Shown here one piece after another: positions 1 to 11,004 of a stretch of 64,000 nt of DNA; within the stretch, counting starts at the first letter, position 1, and every line of letters starts with the position of its first letter. The DNA lies in assembly GCA_964270895.1 (NCBI GenBank), contig OZ185446.1; one strand, written 5' to 3'. Made by a program: the position numbers and the translations under genes. This stretch comes from Podarcis filfolensis (taxonomy: Eukaryota). The notes beneath the pieces were generated by a model, which was not told the origin of the DNA, ran no database searches, and was given only the letters and a program-made list of their open reading frames with translations.

Positions 1-800
1 TTAATTTCTACAAAACCAAGCTGAGCAGCCAGAAATAATTGTATCCTTATTTTAACTCGAGCTACAGACATACATTTTAACATCTTATACGGAGTTTTCA
101 ATTAAGTTTGTGGGGGTTAGCCCATAAAGTCTTACATTTCTCATGTCCCATGTCACAATTCACGTTTTCATGACAATCCATAAAATGTTGAAATAACACT
201 AGTCTCAGAAACACGTGTTGCTTTTGCAAAGTGCAATGCAGTCAATTTCTTTCATTTTTGCTATGGTCAAAGTGCTTGGATGATTCAGTATAACCATTTC
301 CTAAATGCTCAATACTTTAAAAAAATATTAAAAAGGAAACCAGTGATGATGTTTTGCTCATAAACTTTGTAATGAATGTGTTGGGAAAGAACAGTTCTGG
401 AATTATAGTGTTGGTATAATGACTCAGACTACATTAGTTAGTGCATCAGCTTTTTTTCAACCCATACCTATGAACCAAAAGCATTCTATTGATGCATCAG
501 TGGTGAATATTTAGAAACAAGATGGCCTTATCAAAACTGTGCAATGCTCAGTATATTGGATTTCAGGCTATTCTCTCTGCTCAGCCAGCTCAGGCTTCTC
601 TGGCACCTTTAACACAGCAGTGGATAACCTTTTTCAGCTGAAGGACCACATTCCCTTCTGGGAAAAGCCTCACAGGGGCCAGAAGCAAATGTGGGCAGAG
701 AAATGAATGCTAACTTTACCTTTGGACTGTAGGCTCATTTCTACTCATGCCCCTCTCTATCCTCTATCCAGGTAAGCATGAAGCATTATCTCAGAAACAC

Positions 801-2203
801 TGTTGTTGTTTAGTCATTTAGTCGTGCCTGACTCTTCGTGACCCCCTGGACCAGAGCACGCCAGGCACTCCTGTCTTCCACTGCCGCCCGCAGTCCGGTC
901 AGACTCATGTTTGTAGCTTCGAGAACACTGTCCAACCATCTCATCCTCTGTCGTCCCCTTCTCCTTGTGCCCTCCATCTTTCCCAACATCAGGGTCTTTT
1001 CCAGGGTGTTATGTACTGAGTTGAATAGGATCCAAACTGTAGCAGTCTGATTGGTCCTAGAACAATAGGATCCAAAATGCAGCAGTCTGAATGGTCCTAG
1101 AACAATAGGATTCAGTATGCAGCAGTCTGATTGGTCCTAGAACAATACAGCAGTATGACTGGTTGGCAAGAACCACCCAATCATGCTCCAGATAGAAGTG
1201 AATCCACAACCTGATTGGCTTACAGTAGAATTCCGGAATTAGCCAATCATGTGCAGCCCATTGTGTAAATAATGTATATAAAGCAGATACTTTGAGGGGA
1301 CTTTCATTCATTCCTCCTCACCACTATGAGCTGAATAAAGAGCATGAAATCACTTTGCGACTCTGAGTATATTTCACAGGGAGTCTTCTCTTCTCATGAG
1401 GTGGCCAAAGTATTGGAGCCTCAGCTTCAGGATCTGTCCTTCCAGTGAGCACTCAGGGCTGATTTCCTTAAGAATGGATAGGTTTGATCTTCTTGCAGTC
1501 CATGGGACTCTCAAGAGTCTCCTCCAGCACCATAATTCAAAAGCATCAATTCTTCAGCAATCAGCCTTCTTTATGGTCCAGCTCTCACTTCCATACATCA
1601 CTACTGGGAAAACCATGGCTTTAACTATACAGACCTTTGTTGGCAAGGTGATGTCTCTGCTTTTTAAGATGCTGTCTAGGTTTGCCATCGCCTTTCTGCC
1701 AAGGAGCAGGCGTCTTTTAATTTCGTGACTGCTGTCTCCATCTGCAGTTATCATGGAGCCCAAGAAAGTAAAATCTCTCACTGCCTCCATTTCTTCCCCT
1801 TCTATTTGCCAGGAGGTGATGGGCCCAGTGGCCATGATCTTCGTTTTTTTTATGTTGAGCTTCAGACCATATTTTGCGCTCTCCTCTTTCACCCTCATTA
1901 AAAGGTTCTTTAATTCCTCCTCACTTTCTGCCATCAAGGTTGTGTCATCTGCATATCTGAGGTTGTTGATATTTCTTCCGGCGATCTTAATTCCGGCTTG
2001 GGATTCATCCAGCCCAGCCTTTCGCATGATGAATTCTGCATATAAGTTAAATAACCAGGGAGACAATATACAGCCTTGCCGTACTCCTTTCCCAATTTTG
2101 AACCAATCAGTTGTTCCATATCCAGTTCTAACTGTAGATTCTTGTCCCACACAGAGATTTCTCAGGAGACAGATGAGGTGATCAGGCACTCCCATTTCTT
2201 TAA
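801..2203 (-). mobile_element. BovB (RTE-clade) LINE, 5'-truncated, carrying the RT domain and ORF C-terminus; interrupted by a solo LTR
   Basis: ORF 1554-2195(-) reads GVRQGCILSP..LFNLY..LRYADDTTLMAESEEEL, typical BovB RT. One TGA stop at 1554-1556 is consistent with CpG decay. The frame continues (RIDAFELWCWRRLLRVPW…) to the 3' end, with an (AAC)n tail at ~801-810. Confidence 0.95.
1007..1376 (+). mobile_element. Solo LTR (370 bp) inserted in BovB
   Basis: TG…CA termini; perfect 5-bp TSD CAGGG (1002-1006 and 1377-1381); TATATAAA 1275-1282; AATAAA 1334-1339; three ~40-bp tandem repeats and five CCAAT/ATTGG boxes. Confidence 0.9.
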
Positions 2204-2206
2204 TAG

Positions 2207-3238
2207 TGTCAGAATGACCGCTCCCCGCTTAAAATGGGGGGTGCCCTTTGCGTGGACGCGCGCAGCCCTAGATCTGGAGCGGCCCCATCAGCATAGGCTT
2301 GGCTTTGCATTCCGTCAGGTGGGATACCTGGAGGTCTCCGCCTACCTCAGTCAGTTGTCCAATCTCACCTGGGGGAAGCGTTGCCAAGGAGACCAGGCCA
2401 GGTAGGGGAGGGATTACCTGCCCACACAATAGAGGGAGGATCTTACCTGGGAATCCTCACTTGGCTCCAAAGCTTCTCCCACCCTACCCACCCTCAGTTA
2501 ATGTCTTCTTTTGCAGGTTAACTTTTCTTCATAGGTTTTGCAGGTTAACTTATCTTCACAGGTATGCGGGCGCTGCTACGTTAAGTTCGCTGTTAAAGGG
2601 CCGGAAAGGAATTTCCCTGCATTGGCAGGTTTCGCCTTTCCCGTAGCAAAACATCACAGCTTTGGCGGTATCAGGCCTTGGGCGGAATCCTTTAGTCCAT
2701 CTTCCTCTTTGCGGCGGCGATACCAGGGTTCCCCGTTAAAGGGAGGCTTTGACCGTACGCCGAAAGGTCGTCATTGCTCTCCCCTGCGGCTGCGGCGTAT
2801 CTCTGCTTTAACATATGTTCTCCATGTTGTCCCCTACATAGCATAGCCAGGGCTAAATTCCTGGGCCCTGCTTTACTGCGCTTGGTTGGCAGGCCTGTTG
2901 AGTCACACGCCGCACTGCTTTTGCAGGATACAGATCCTTCTGTAACTCTGCAGGTGGCGAGATTTCTGAATGCGGTTATCTCACACTCAAAAACCACCAA
3001 AAAACAACAACAACATCAAAACTAATTGGACTGTTACGTTGAGAGTGCACGTCGGAGTTCGTCTTTAGTTTTCCTTTTCTGTGTTCCATCCCTTGGAGCT
3101 CTCCTGGCCCCAAGCCGTCACTTGGCTCTGCTCAATGACCCACCCTTGCATCGTGGTGTTCACCTTCTGTTGTCGGATATATCTGTTTTTATGCCCCTGT
3201 GTTATTATGTTTGTACATATTTTATGGGCTAATAGCCG

Positions 3239-3277
<39 letters not shown>

Positions 3278-3516
3278 ATATGTTCTCCAGAGCCGGCCCA
3301 TCCCCCCCCCACACACTGGATAACCCTGAAGCTCCCTAGGTCCCCGGCTGGGGACTGGGGAGGGAGAACGCCCAATGCCCGAGCCAAGGTCTAGCCACAT
3401 TTGAAATTTAATAAAGTTGTGGCCAATTTAATCCCATAGCATGTTGTCTTGAGTCGTTATTCCACATGACGGGGGGACCGCTCGGGATCTGGGGACTCCG
3501 CCTGTCCACACAAACA
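2207..3516 (+). mobile_element. Second, GC/CpG-rich solo-LTR-like element (~850 bp after removing a nested LINE)
   Basis: Starts TGTCAG and ends …CACACAAACA; AATAAA 3410-3415; right flank CTAG, left flank TAG (a C|TAG split by BovB would give a 4-bp TSD); internal ~28-bp duplication at ~2510-2563; no PBS or internal genes. The right boundary is uncertain. Confidence 0.6.
2825..3277 (+). mobile_element. 5'-truncated non-LTR retrotransposon 3' end (RTE-X-like C-terminus) with (TAAA)n tail
   Basis: 12-bp TSD ATATGTTCTCCA (2813-2824 and 3278-3289). Encodes CCPLHSIARAKFLGPALL…LLLQDTDPSVTLQVARFL, resembling the post-zinc-knuckle C-terminus of RTE-X-type ORFs (family assignment from memory). (TAAA)~10 tail at 3239-3280. 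Confidence 0.75.
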
Positions 3517-4870
3517 CTAGAGCCACGCAAAAACACATGAGGAGGGTACAAACCAGAAGGTGTGACCTGGGAAAGTTTGTGTGTCTGGGAAGGGTATGGC
3601 CTGAGGAGAATCCCAAGGACAAGACAGCGAGGCCTGGAGGTCACATTTGCCTCCCAAGACTAAGATTCCACACCCCTGCTTGGTGAAAATTTGATCCACA
3701 GAAACTAGATGCATTTATCAGGTCATAATGGTAAATGGGATCACCTGGCAGTTGCCAACGTCCAGGGGCACCAACTTGGGCTCCAGATTGTGGGTGCCCA
3801 GCAGTGCCCACATGTTCTCTAGCTTTCCTGGATTCAAGAGTTTTGTGTGGCTCAAAATTTTGCATGCTTTCAAGCTAGCAGAAATCTGCTGAATAATAAC
3901 GACCGAATATCACCTTACCTGTTATAAAGAGCTCATTCAGTGGTTTAGAAAATGCAATTGGTCTCTAAGGAAGCCATTTGAGCCTCAAAATGGGAGTAAT
4001 TTATATAAAGAATCAAAGGTACTCCTAACATATCATTAAACTAGCAGCTGTTCTGAAAACAGAAATTTGTCTGCAGTGAAAAAATAACCTGATTTTTATT
4101 TATTTGTTTTGTATTTTAAAGGACACATGCAAGTTTTGGCACCGCCTAATCAGCCACCCTTAGCGCAGATGCAGGAAAACAGTTGAAGGTGCAATGAAAC
4201 ACCATCTAACTTGTAAAGATAAGGAGAAATGATAAAACAATAACTACAAAGCTGGCAGATATGATGCTTCTCTGGATTTACATGTGCTTTGAGCATATGA
4301 TTAAAGAAATTAAGAAGCCAAGGAAATGCACAAAAGACGTATCTGTTCTAAACATTAATTAAAGGATTAAAAAGAAATAGAAATCAGCAGGTGTTCCTAA
4401 AAGTAAACACAGATCCATTCTGGGATTGTACACCTGTTAGCTTTGAGAAAGAGTTATGGTTATTGCATTTATCGTTAGCAATCTGAAGATGCATGTATTG
4501 TGGTAGATTTTCTTCCCTTGTTTCTCTAAATAGCACCAAATAGAAACTGGAGGGTAGGGAATGCCCACCATGCCTTCCCAAACGTTTATAACCCCCTAAA
4601 ATGTTACCTAATTAGCAGAAATGGCCATGTGATAGCCAGAGTAATAAGATATGATCAAGCCTGTGAGATGTCAAACTGACTGAATGGGGGCACCTGGTTA
4701 ACATCTTGCATTAGAAACCGCGAGAGACATCGAGGAATCTAATCAGCTTATGCAGAATTTGCTCATTAATTGGAAGGACATGGTCACATTGGGCATCAGA
4801 AAATCTCATTTATTGCTGGCAGAGTTGCCGCTTTGAAGTGATTTGTGGCAATATGTGACACATATGAAAA

Positions 4871-5030
4871 GTCGTAGGGCAGCTGCTTTGCATCCAGAAG
4901 GTCTCAGGTTCAGTCCCTGGCAGCTCCAGACAGGGCTGGAAATATCCCATCTGAAATCCTGGAGAGCTTCAGCAAACAATAAGGAGCTAGATGAACCAGT
5001 GGTTTGACCCAATGTAGCTTCTAATGTTCC
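4871..5030 (+). mobile_element. tRNA-derived squamate SINE (Squam3-like), degraded
   Basis: CTGCTTTGCATCCAGAAGGTCTCAGGTTCAGTCCCTGG tRNA-Ala-like head followed by the …GAGCTAGATGAACCAGTGGTTTGAC body; shared with other copies in the window. Confidence 0.75.
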
Positions 5031-5959
5031 TGGAAATATACATGGGAATACAGAGGGCGATTGCAAAAGGGAAACCTGAACGGTCCCTTTGTATATTTCC
5101 TGTTTGCCTGCTAGAATATTTGCTGTGGTGTAGATAATAAACAAGAGGTTTTGGAGTGGGGTTCTTATGGCACGCAATTATTAGACCAATACAATGCTGG
5201 AATAATTAGTCAGGGTATAGAAAGAGCTTTGAATAATGGAACGCAAAGTGATATTTTTGCAGTGTGGGGGAGGTAATAAGGCTCTTATCAACTGCAGGTG
5301 GGTCTTTACCCCCTCTTGAACTCCCTCCCAGTACATTGAACTCAGGAATATGCACATCTTAAAATGAAAGAATAGTGGCTGACAACCATTTAATGCTCGG
5401 GAGAGACTCTCATTTAAACTGTAAGCATTTTCCCCTCCTCTATAGTGCATAGTTAGTTAGGCATTGGGGGCCAGGATGGAGAAGGAGCTGAAGAGAGAGA
5501 AAAGTCCCTTTCAGTCTCTATTTCATGGTTTTCTCGGCAGAGAGGTAGCCCTCACGTTTTTGTCAACCAATGTCTCCTCTTGCCATCATTGTGTTTGGAA
5601 TCCCCCCACTGGACTGACAGCATGGATTTCAGTTCCTCACAGCAGGAGACAAGCAGTCTGGAAGCCAACTAGTAGGATGTCTTTGTCGCCATTTGACAAT
5701 TCAGAGGAGGACAAAAGTTCTCCTGCAGGTTAGGAAGATGGATTTGCTTACTATTTGACCAAAGCAGATTTCATCCCTAAGATCGCCTAGCAGCGCAAGA
5801 TAGGAAAAAAAACAAAAAAACCAGGCAGGATTTGCCTCCATATTTGCTCCCTAAAGAACATTGATTTGATTTTTCAGTTAAAACCACATATGCCAGCTAT
5901 TCAGATTATGCCCATTGTTGACCTTCATTTGCTGGGTGGCAATTCCTTATTTCATTTAT

Positions 5960-6125
5960 ATTCCCCTCTTTTTCCAAGGAACTCAAGACATTTATATATG
6001 TTCTCCCTGTGTATATAATCATTTTCACAACAACACTGTGGAGTAGGTTAGGCTGAAAGTGGCTAGTCCAGGGTCATTCAGTGAGCCTTGTGGCCAAATG
6101 AAGATGTGAACATCAATCTCCTAGG
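5960..6125 (-). mobile_element. MIR/CORE-SINE-like fragment
   Basis: CACAACAACACTGTGGAGTAGGTTAGGCTGA…CAGGGTCATTCAGTGAGC resembles the antisense CORE region. Confidence 0.5.
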
Positions 6126-8121
6126 TCAACGCACATCAGGCCCCAACAAATGGGGTAGGAGTACCAGATGTTACAGAACTGTGGGCACAGCCCACTGGAA
6201 TGAGAGGCTACTGAAAAGGAACCCTATGATAGAGCAGGAAATAAAATAAATGTAAGATCTGCAACAGAATGTTGCAATGTATGATGCTACTATTCAGTGT
6301 TCCAGCCCATCAGGCATACTTCCTTGTAGGAAACTCCATTCTGTTCCCTGTCCACCTTGGATTTCCATTCATTTGTTAGGAATTATAGTTTCTTGATTAG
6401 TTTTTCAATCCTGCTTTTTTTAAAAAAGCTGCAAAACGTTAGGGTTTTAATGAGCATACAGTTACCTCCCTCTTCTTTGTGAATGCTGCTGTTTAGGCTA
6501 TGTAAGGATATGTACTCAAATAATTGAACTCATTATTGGTATATATGATTTAAATAATGTTTATGTGTATGTATAGTTCTGTTGGTTTCACAGGAACTAC
6601 CCCTGAACATTTGTGTGGTTTTCAAAATCAAGGATAAACTAGGAGAGATGTATCATACTTGAAAAGGATGTAAGTGCTTAAAATATAAGAGGAAACAAAA
6701 GAATCACCGCCCAAGGACAATCCTTTTTTCTTTTCTTTTTTTGCAACATCGCGAAATGGGATGTTTAGAAATCATATTTGGAGCTTTATGTGCTCTAACC
6801 CCAAATTTATAAGCTGCTTTTGACCCACTGGTTTATTGGTGACTCTTATTGTAAGCATAATATGACAACAGCAGGAGCTCACATTTCTGATTCAAGTAAA
6901 ACACGGACATTTTCTAAACATTTGTATGTAGTAGAAACATTTTAAGACACTTTGGTAAAGAAACAGAAATGAGAACTTGCAACACTGGCTCGAGTCTCCA
7001 AAATCTAAATTCCCAGTATTAAGTGAATCATGCATGTCAACCCTGAGAACAGCCCCAAACCACCATTCTTCATTCTACCTAGCTACACCAGACATCAGCT
7101 CACCAAGGACCTGCTACTGTATGGCCCCTCCCCTCCGAGAACTGTTTGCATCAGCATCCATTCTACCTGGCTCAATTTGAGGAAAAGCCGAAGTAAGCAA
7201 GGACCTCTCCATTGGCTCAGCTGGGACTTACTGCCATTTGGCTCCTCCCTTCCCAGGATGCCTCTGCTGTGACCATTCCACCTGATCCTTGTGTTATTTT
7301 CTTACTTTCTTCAACACCATGACAGGGTTTATATACCTGGATAGGATTCTGTTCCGTTTTCTTCCCAGTTCTGTTTTCCTTTGGAATCATGCCCCTTAAA
7401 ACTGCAAACTTATTATAAAATGAAAGCTACCTCAAGTACTTTGGCAGAATATATTTAAGTGTAGTAAGGAAATGAATGAATATGTAAGTGAGAGAGGCAT
7501 GCGCCCCTAAACAGGGCCAGAAGAGTTTGTTCGCTGTTCTTCTGCTAACTGCACAATGTGAGAGATTATTAGTGATGGCTGACAAGCTAGAACACTATAT
7601 CCCATACCAGATTTTACCATCATGGAACCTTGGTAAACCCTGAGAGGTCTGCGGAGCCCAGTTTGAAAAAACACAGATTGGTTTGGAACAGTTAAAGGCC
7701 ATGATAGTAATTCCACCTCCACACCCTGCAAATTTATAAGTTTCCATTGTATCCTAAGCAAGGAAAGCACGAGAGATGCAGGAACACCTGTCATTTAGCA
7801 GTTAACTGCAATGATATCATGTTCTAAGTGGCAGGTGTTAAAGTAGTATGGTTACTCATAAAGGCTAAGAGCGTTCAAGGACTGGGTTACTACAGATTAA
7901 AATGTTTGTTTGAGAGGGCAGCGTTCCAAGCTCTGCCCTCGCACACTGACATGTAAATCCTTTGGAAGCCCATATTTAATTTATGTTAATAAATTGGTTT
8001 GAGACTGAATTGTTCTTCGTGCTAGTCCTCATTTTGATCTTGTATTTATTTTTGCAAACCAAATCCTTAAGAAAACCCTTTCAAAATAGAATGCTGAAGC
8101 CAAAGTGGGGTGACAACACTG

Positions 8122-8454
8122 AGCTCACATCTGCACTGTACATTTAAAGCAGTATCAAACTAGTTTAAATAGTCATGGCTCCCCTCCATCCCCCCAAAAA
8201 ACCCCTGGCAACTGTAGTTGGTTAAGGATGCTGGGAGTTGTTAGGAGACCCTTATTCCCCTCAGAAAGCTAAGGTTTGCAGAGTGGTTTAACAAACAATC
8301 CCTCTTCTTGGGGAGCTTTGAGAATTGTAGCTCTGTCAGAGGAATAGGAGTCTCCTAAAAACTCTCAGCACCCTTAACAAACTACATTTCCTAAGATACT
8401 TCAAAACTGTTCAAGTGGTATAATAGTACTTTAAATGTTGATGTGGATGAAGCC
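8122..8454. mobile_element. Palindromic non-autonomous DNA element (Harbinger-like MITE)
   Basis: Imperfect inverted arms: GCTCACATCTGCACTGTACATTTAAAGCAGTAT at the left and AGTACTTTAAATGTTGATGTGGATGAAGCC at the right; internal GGCAACTGTAGTT/AACTACATTTCC symmetry. Confidence 0.6.
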
Positions 8455-8558
8455 TGAAGAAGAGCAAAAAACAGCCATTGTATTCATTGGAAACTGGATA
8501 GAGGCTTGATTTACAGAGGTGCACTTTAGTAATTTTGGATGCTACACAATGGCTTTAG

Positions 8559-8608
<50 letters not shown>

Positions 8609-8610
8609 AC
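8559..8610. repeat. Compound microsatellite (TC)~13(AC)~13
   Basis: Read directly from the sequence. Confidence 0.95.
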
Positions 8611-9957
8611 CACTCTTTATAGAGTAATGTATACTGCTTCACTCACTTCAAAACATTGTAAGGTGTTTTATTGGAGGACCAACCTGTTCATTTTACTAAG
8701 TAGAACCCTTGATTTATGCTCCCATGTCCTGCCCTCATGGTACCACTGCAAGGTGAGGGGGTTAATATTGTAAAGGGTCATTCAGATCTTGCAAACGAGT
8801 TACTAGCAATAGATTTTCCTTAGGAAATGTAAATTGGGATTAAATTGTGATGGCGGGATGTATATCAGCATATCCTCTCCATATGTCCAAATAAGTATTT
8901 GGAAGTTGCTTTAAATAGTGTACTGGCTAGAAACTGGGGCAGGGGGATTTGATTCAGTTTACCCTTTAAAAAATTATACCTAAGTCACAATTTTTGAAAC
9001 AATATGTGAACCAAAACAAGCAACTTTTGAAATTTGCCACCATCTGAATTTTGCAATGCAGTTCTTCCCCCCCCCCCCATGCATATACTAAAGTGTACAT
9101 AAGGATGCATATATTTGTGGAACTAACTTGTGAGTTATAGTAGGTGAAAGTGCATTGCAAAAATGTGTATATTAAGCAAAATTGCATACACAAATGTGCA
9201 TACGGGGGGGGGATACACAAAAAATGTGTATGAATTTTCATTAGGAGCTTCCTTTTAAATTGCAAACTAATGTGGAGAATTGGAAACTGGAAAGATATAA
9301 AATTTAAATAGATAGATTCACCCACTCAAATGTAGAGAGGGCAGTAAGGGGTTCAGTTTATGGAATAACTAGGGACAGAGAGCTAAGTTTCCACCATTGA
9401 AGTATAAGTCTCTTCATCACTGATGGTGCTTTCATAGTCTATTTGTGTTGCCTGTCTGTTCCAAAGAGCAGGAATATAATATAGAAATGCATGGACATTC
9501 ATGCCATGTGCATTTGATGTCTGTGATTGTAGATAAGTAGCCCATAGATTAAGTCAAACATCTGACTGTAAAAATTTCTATATGGTAAGTATATATTACC
9601 TGCCTGCCATAAAATTCAGGAGATTGTTATCATGTCATTAAATGCCCAGGAAAAAAAGCCTTTTTCATGCAGAATTTAAAAGTGGATTGAGACTGAGCTT
9701 TTGATGTTGAGACATCTAATAAACCATACATTGAAGGAAAATTCTAAATAACTCCAACTTGTTTTTTCTAAGAGGGGTGGAGAACAACATCTCTCCCCTA
9801 AGAGTTATTCTCATTCCACCAGTTCATTACCAGACAATTATGCAAAAATAACAGAAAATTATTACAGGCAGATACGTAGTGAAGTAGGTGGCAGTTTGTG
9901 TCGGGATCTTTCGTAACAGTTTGTTCATTCCATATACGTTTGGGTACTGTGGGTTTA

Positions 9958-10300
9958 GGGACGCGGGTGGCGCAGAGCCTAGGACTTGCTGATCAGAAGG
10001 TCGTGGTTCGAATCCCCGCGACTGGGTGAGCTCCCGTTGCTCGGTCCCAGCTCCTGCCCACCTAGCAGTTCGAAAGCATGTCAAAGTACAAGTAGATAAA
10101 TACGTACCACTCCGGTGGGAAGGTAAACGGCATTTCCTTGCGTTGCTCTGGTTCGCCAGAAGCGGCTTAGTCATGCTGGCCACCTGACCCGGAATCTGTA
10201 CGCCAGCTCCCTCGGCCAGTAAAGCGAGATGAGCGCCGCAACCCCAGAGTCGGCCACGACTGGACCTAATGGTCAGGGGTCCCTTTACCTTTACCTTTAC
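9958..10300 (+). mobile_element. Sauria (Squam1) SINE, near full length
   Basis: GGGACGCGGGTGGCGC head, GGTTCGAATCC B-box, (ACCTTT)n tail; 13-bp TSD TACTGTGGGTTTA (9945-9957 and 10298-10310). Confidence 0.95.
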
Positions 10301-10420
10301 TGTGGGTTTAGATGACAAAGTTTTCTTTCCCTCCCCTGCATGAAGAAGCAACTCCTAAGGAGTGTGTGCAGAGAGGGAGGAACTTTTTCCAGGCTATGGC
10401 AGTAAGAAAGTCAGCTATTT

Positions 10421-10715
10421 TCCAGGGACGTCCCTGATTTAGAAAAGCCATCCTGTCCCAGTTTTCCTTCTGCTTTCATTGGAGAAATGTTGGAAGGTAT
10501 GGAGTTATCCAACCCCCAAGCCATTTGAAGGCAATCCTGTATAGGTAAGGTTGTTGTTGTTTTTTACTCTTTAATGCTCTATTATGTTTTTATATATGTT
10601 GGAAGCTGTCCAGAGTGTTGGAGCAATCCAATAAGATGTGTGGGGTATAAATAGTAAAATTATCATTATGGAAAAGATGTCCCTATTTCCATCGGAGAAA
10701 TGTTGGAGGGTATGG
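10421..10715. mobile_element. Composite repeat: 28-bp direct repeats flanking an L2-like 3' tail
   Basis: 10475-10502 and 10688-10715 match at 25/28 positions (T[T/C]CAT[T/C]GGAGAAATGTTGGA[A/G]GGTATGG); an L2-like tail TGTTGGAAGCTGTCCAGAGTG…GGGGTATAAAT lies between them. Confidence 0.6.
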
Positions 10716-11004
10716 GATCCCAAAACAGACTGTTTAGCCACAAGGTTGCTTGAAAAGGAAGCCAGTAGTGCCTTCCCCTCCTCCTTTGTTCCCTCTTGCC
10801 CCCCATTCAAGGTGAGCTTTGAGAGCCATCAGTTATAAATAACATTCATTTTGCAGCTTTTATGGTCCCACAAGACTCTTTGTTGATCCTGAACTCAGCC
10901 AGCAATTGTTGGTGAAATGGTCTATATCAGCGGTTCCCAATTCTACATGGACTTCCCGTGCTCCCTGCTACCCACAAGAAGAGATTTCCTGGACCATTGT
11001 TTTT

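Larger units (their letters stand above)
615..3678. mobile_element. hAT-type non-autonomous MITE split by a nested insertion block (left arm 615-800, right arm ~3517-3678)
   Basis: Starts CAGCAGTGGATAACCTTTTT and ends AGATTCCACACCCCTG, degenerate hAT-like inverted termini. The two arms join into a continuous element once 801-3516 is removed (…TCAGAAACA CTAG AGCCACGC…). No convincing 8-bp TSD. Confidence 0.6.

Noticed and set aside
2207-3516. Endogenous virus or unknown gene in the GC-rich segment
   Set aside because: No gag, pol, env or other recognisable ORF and no PBS; explained as a solo-LTR-like element with a nested LINE tail.
4121-4340. Possible exon after the acceptor-like TTTGTTTTGTATTTTAAAG
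   Set aside because: All three frames stop within ~65 nt and there is no clear donor; a lncRNA exon cannot be supported from sequence alone.
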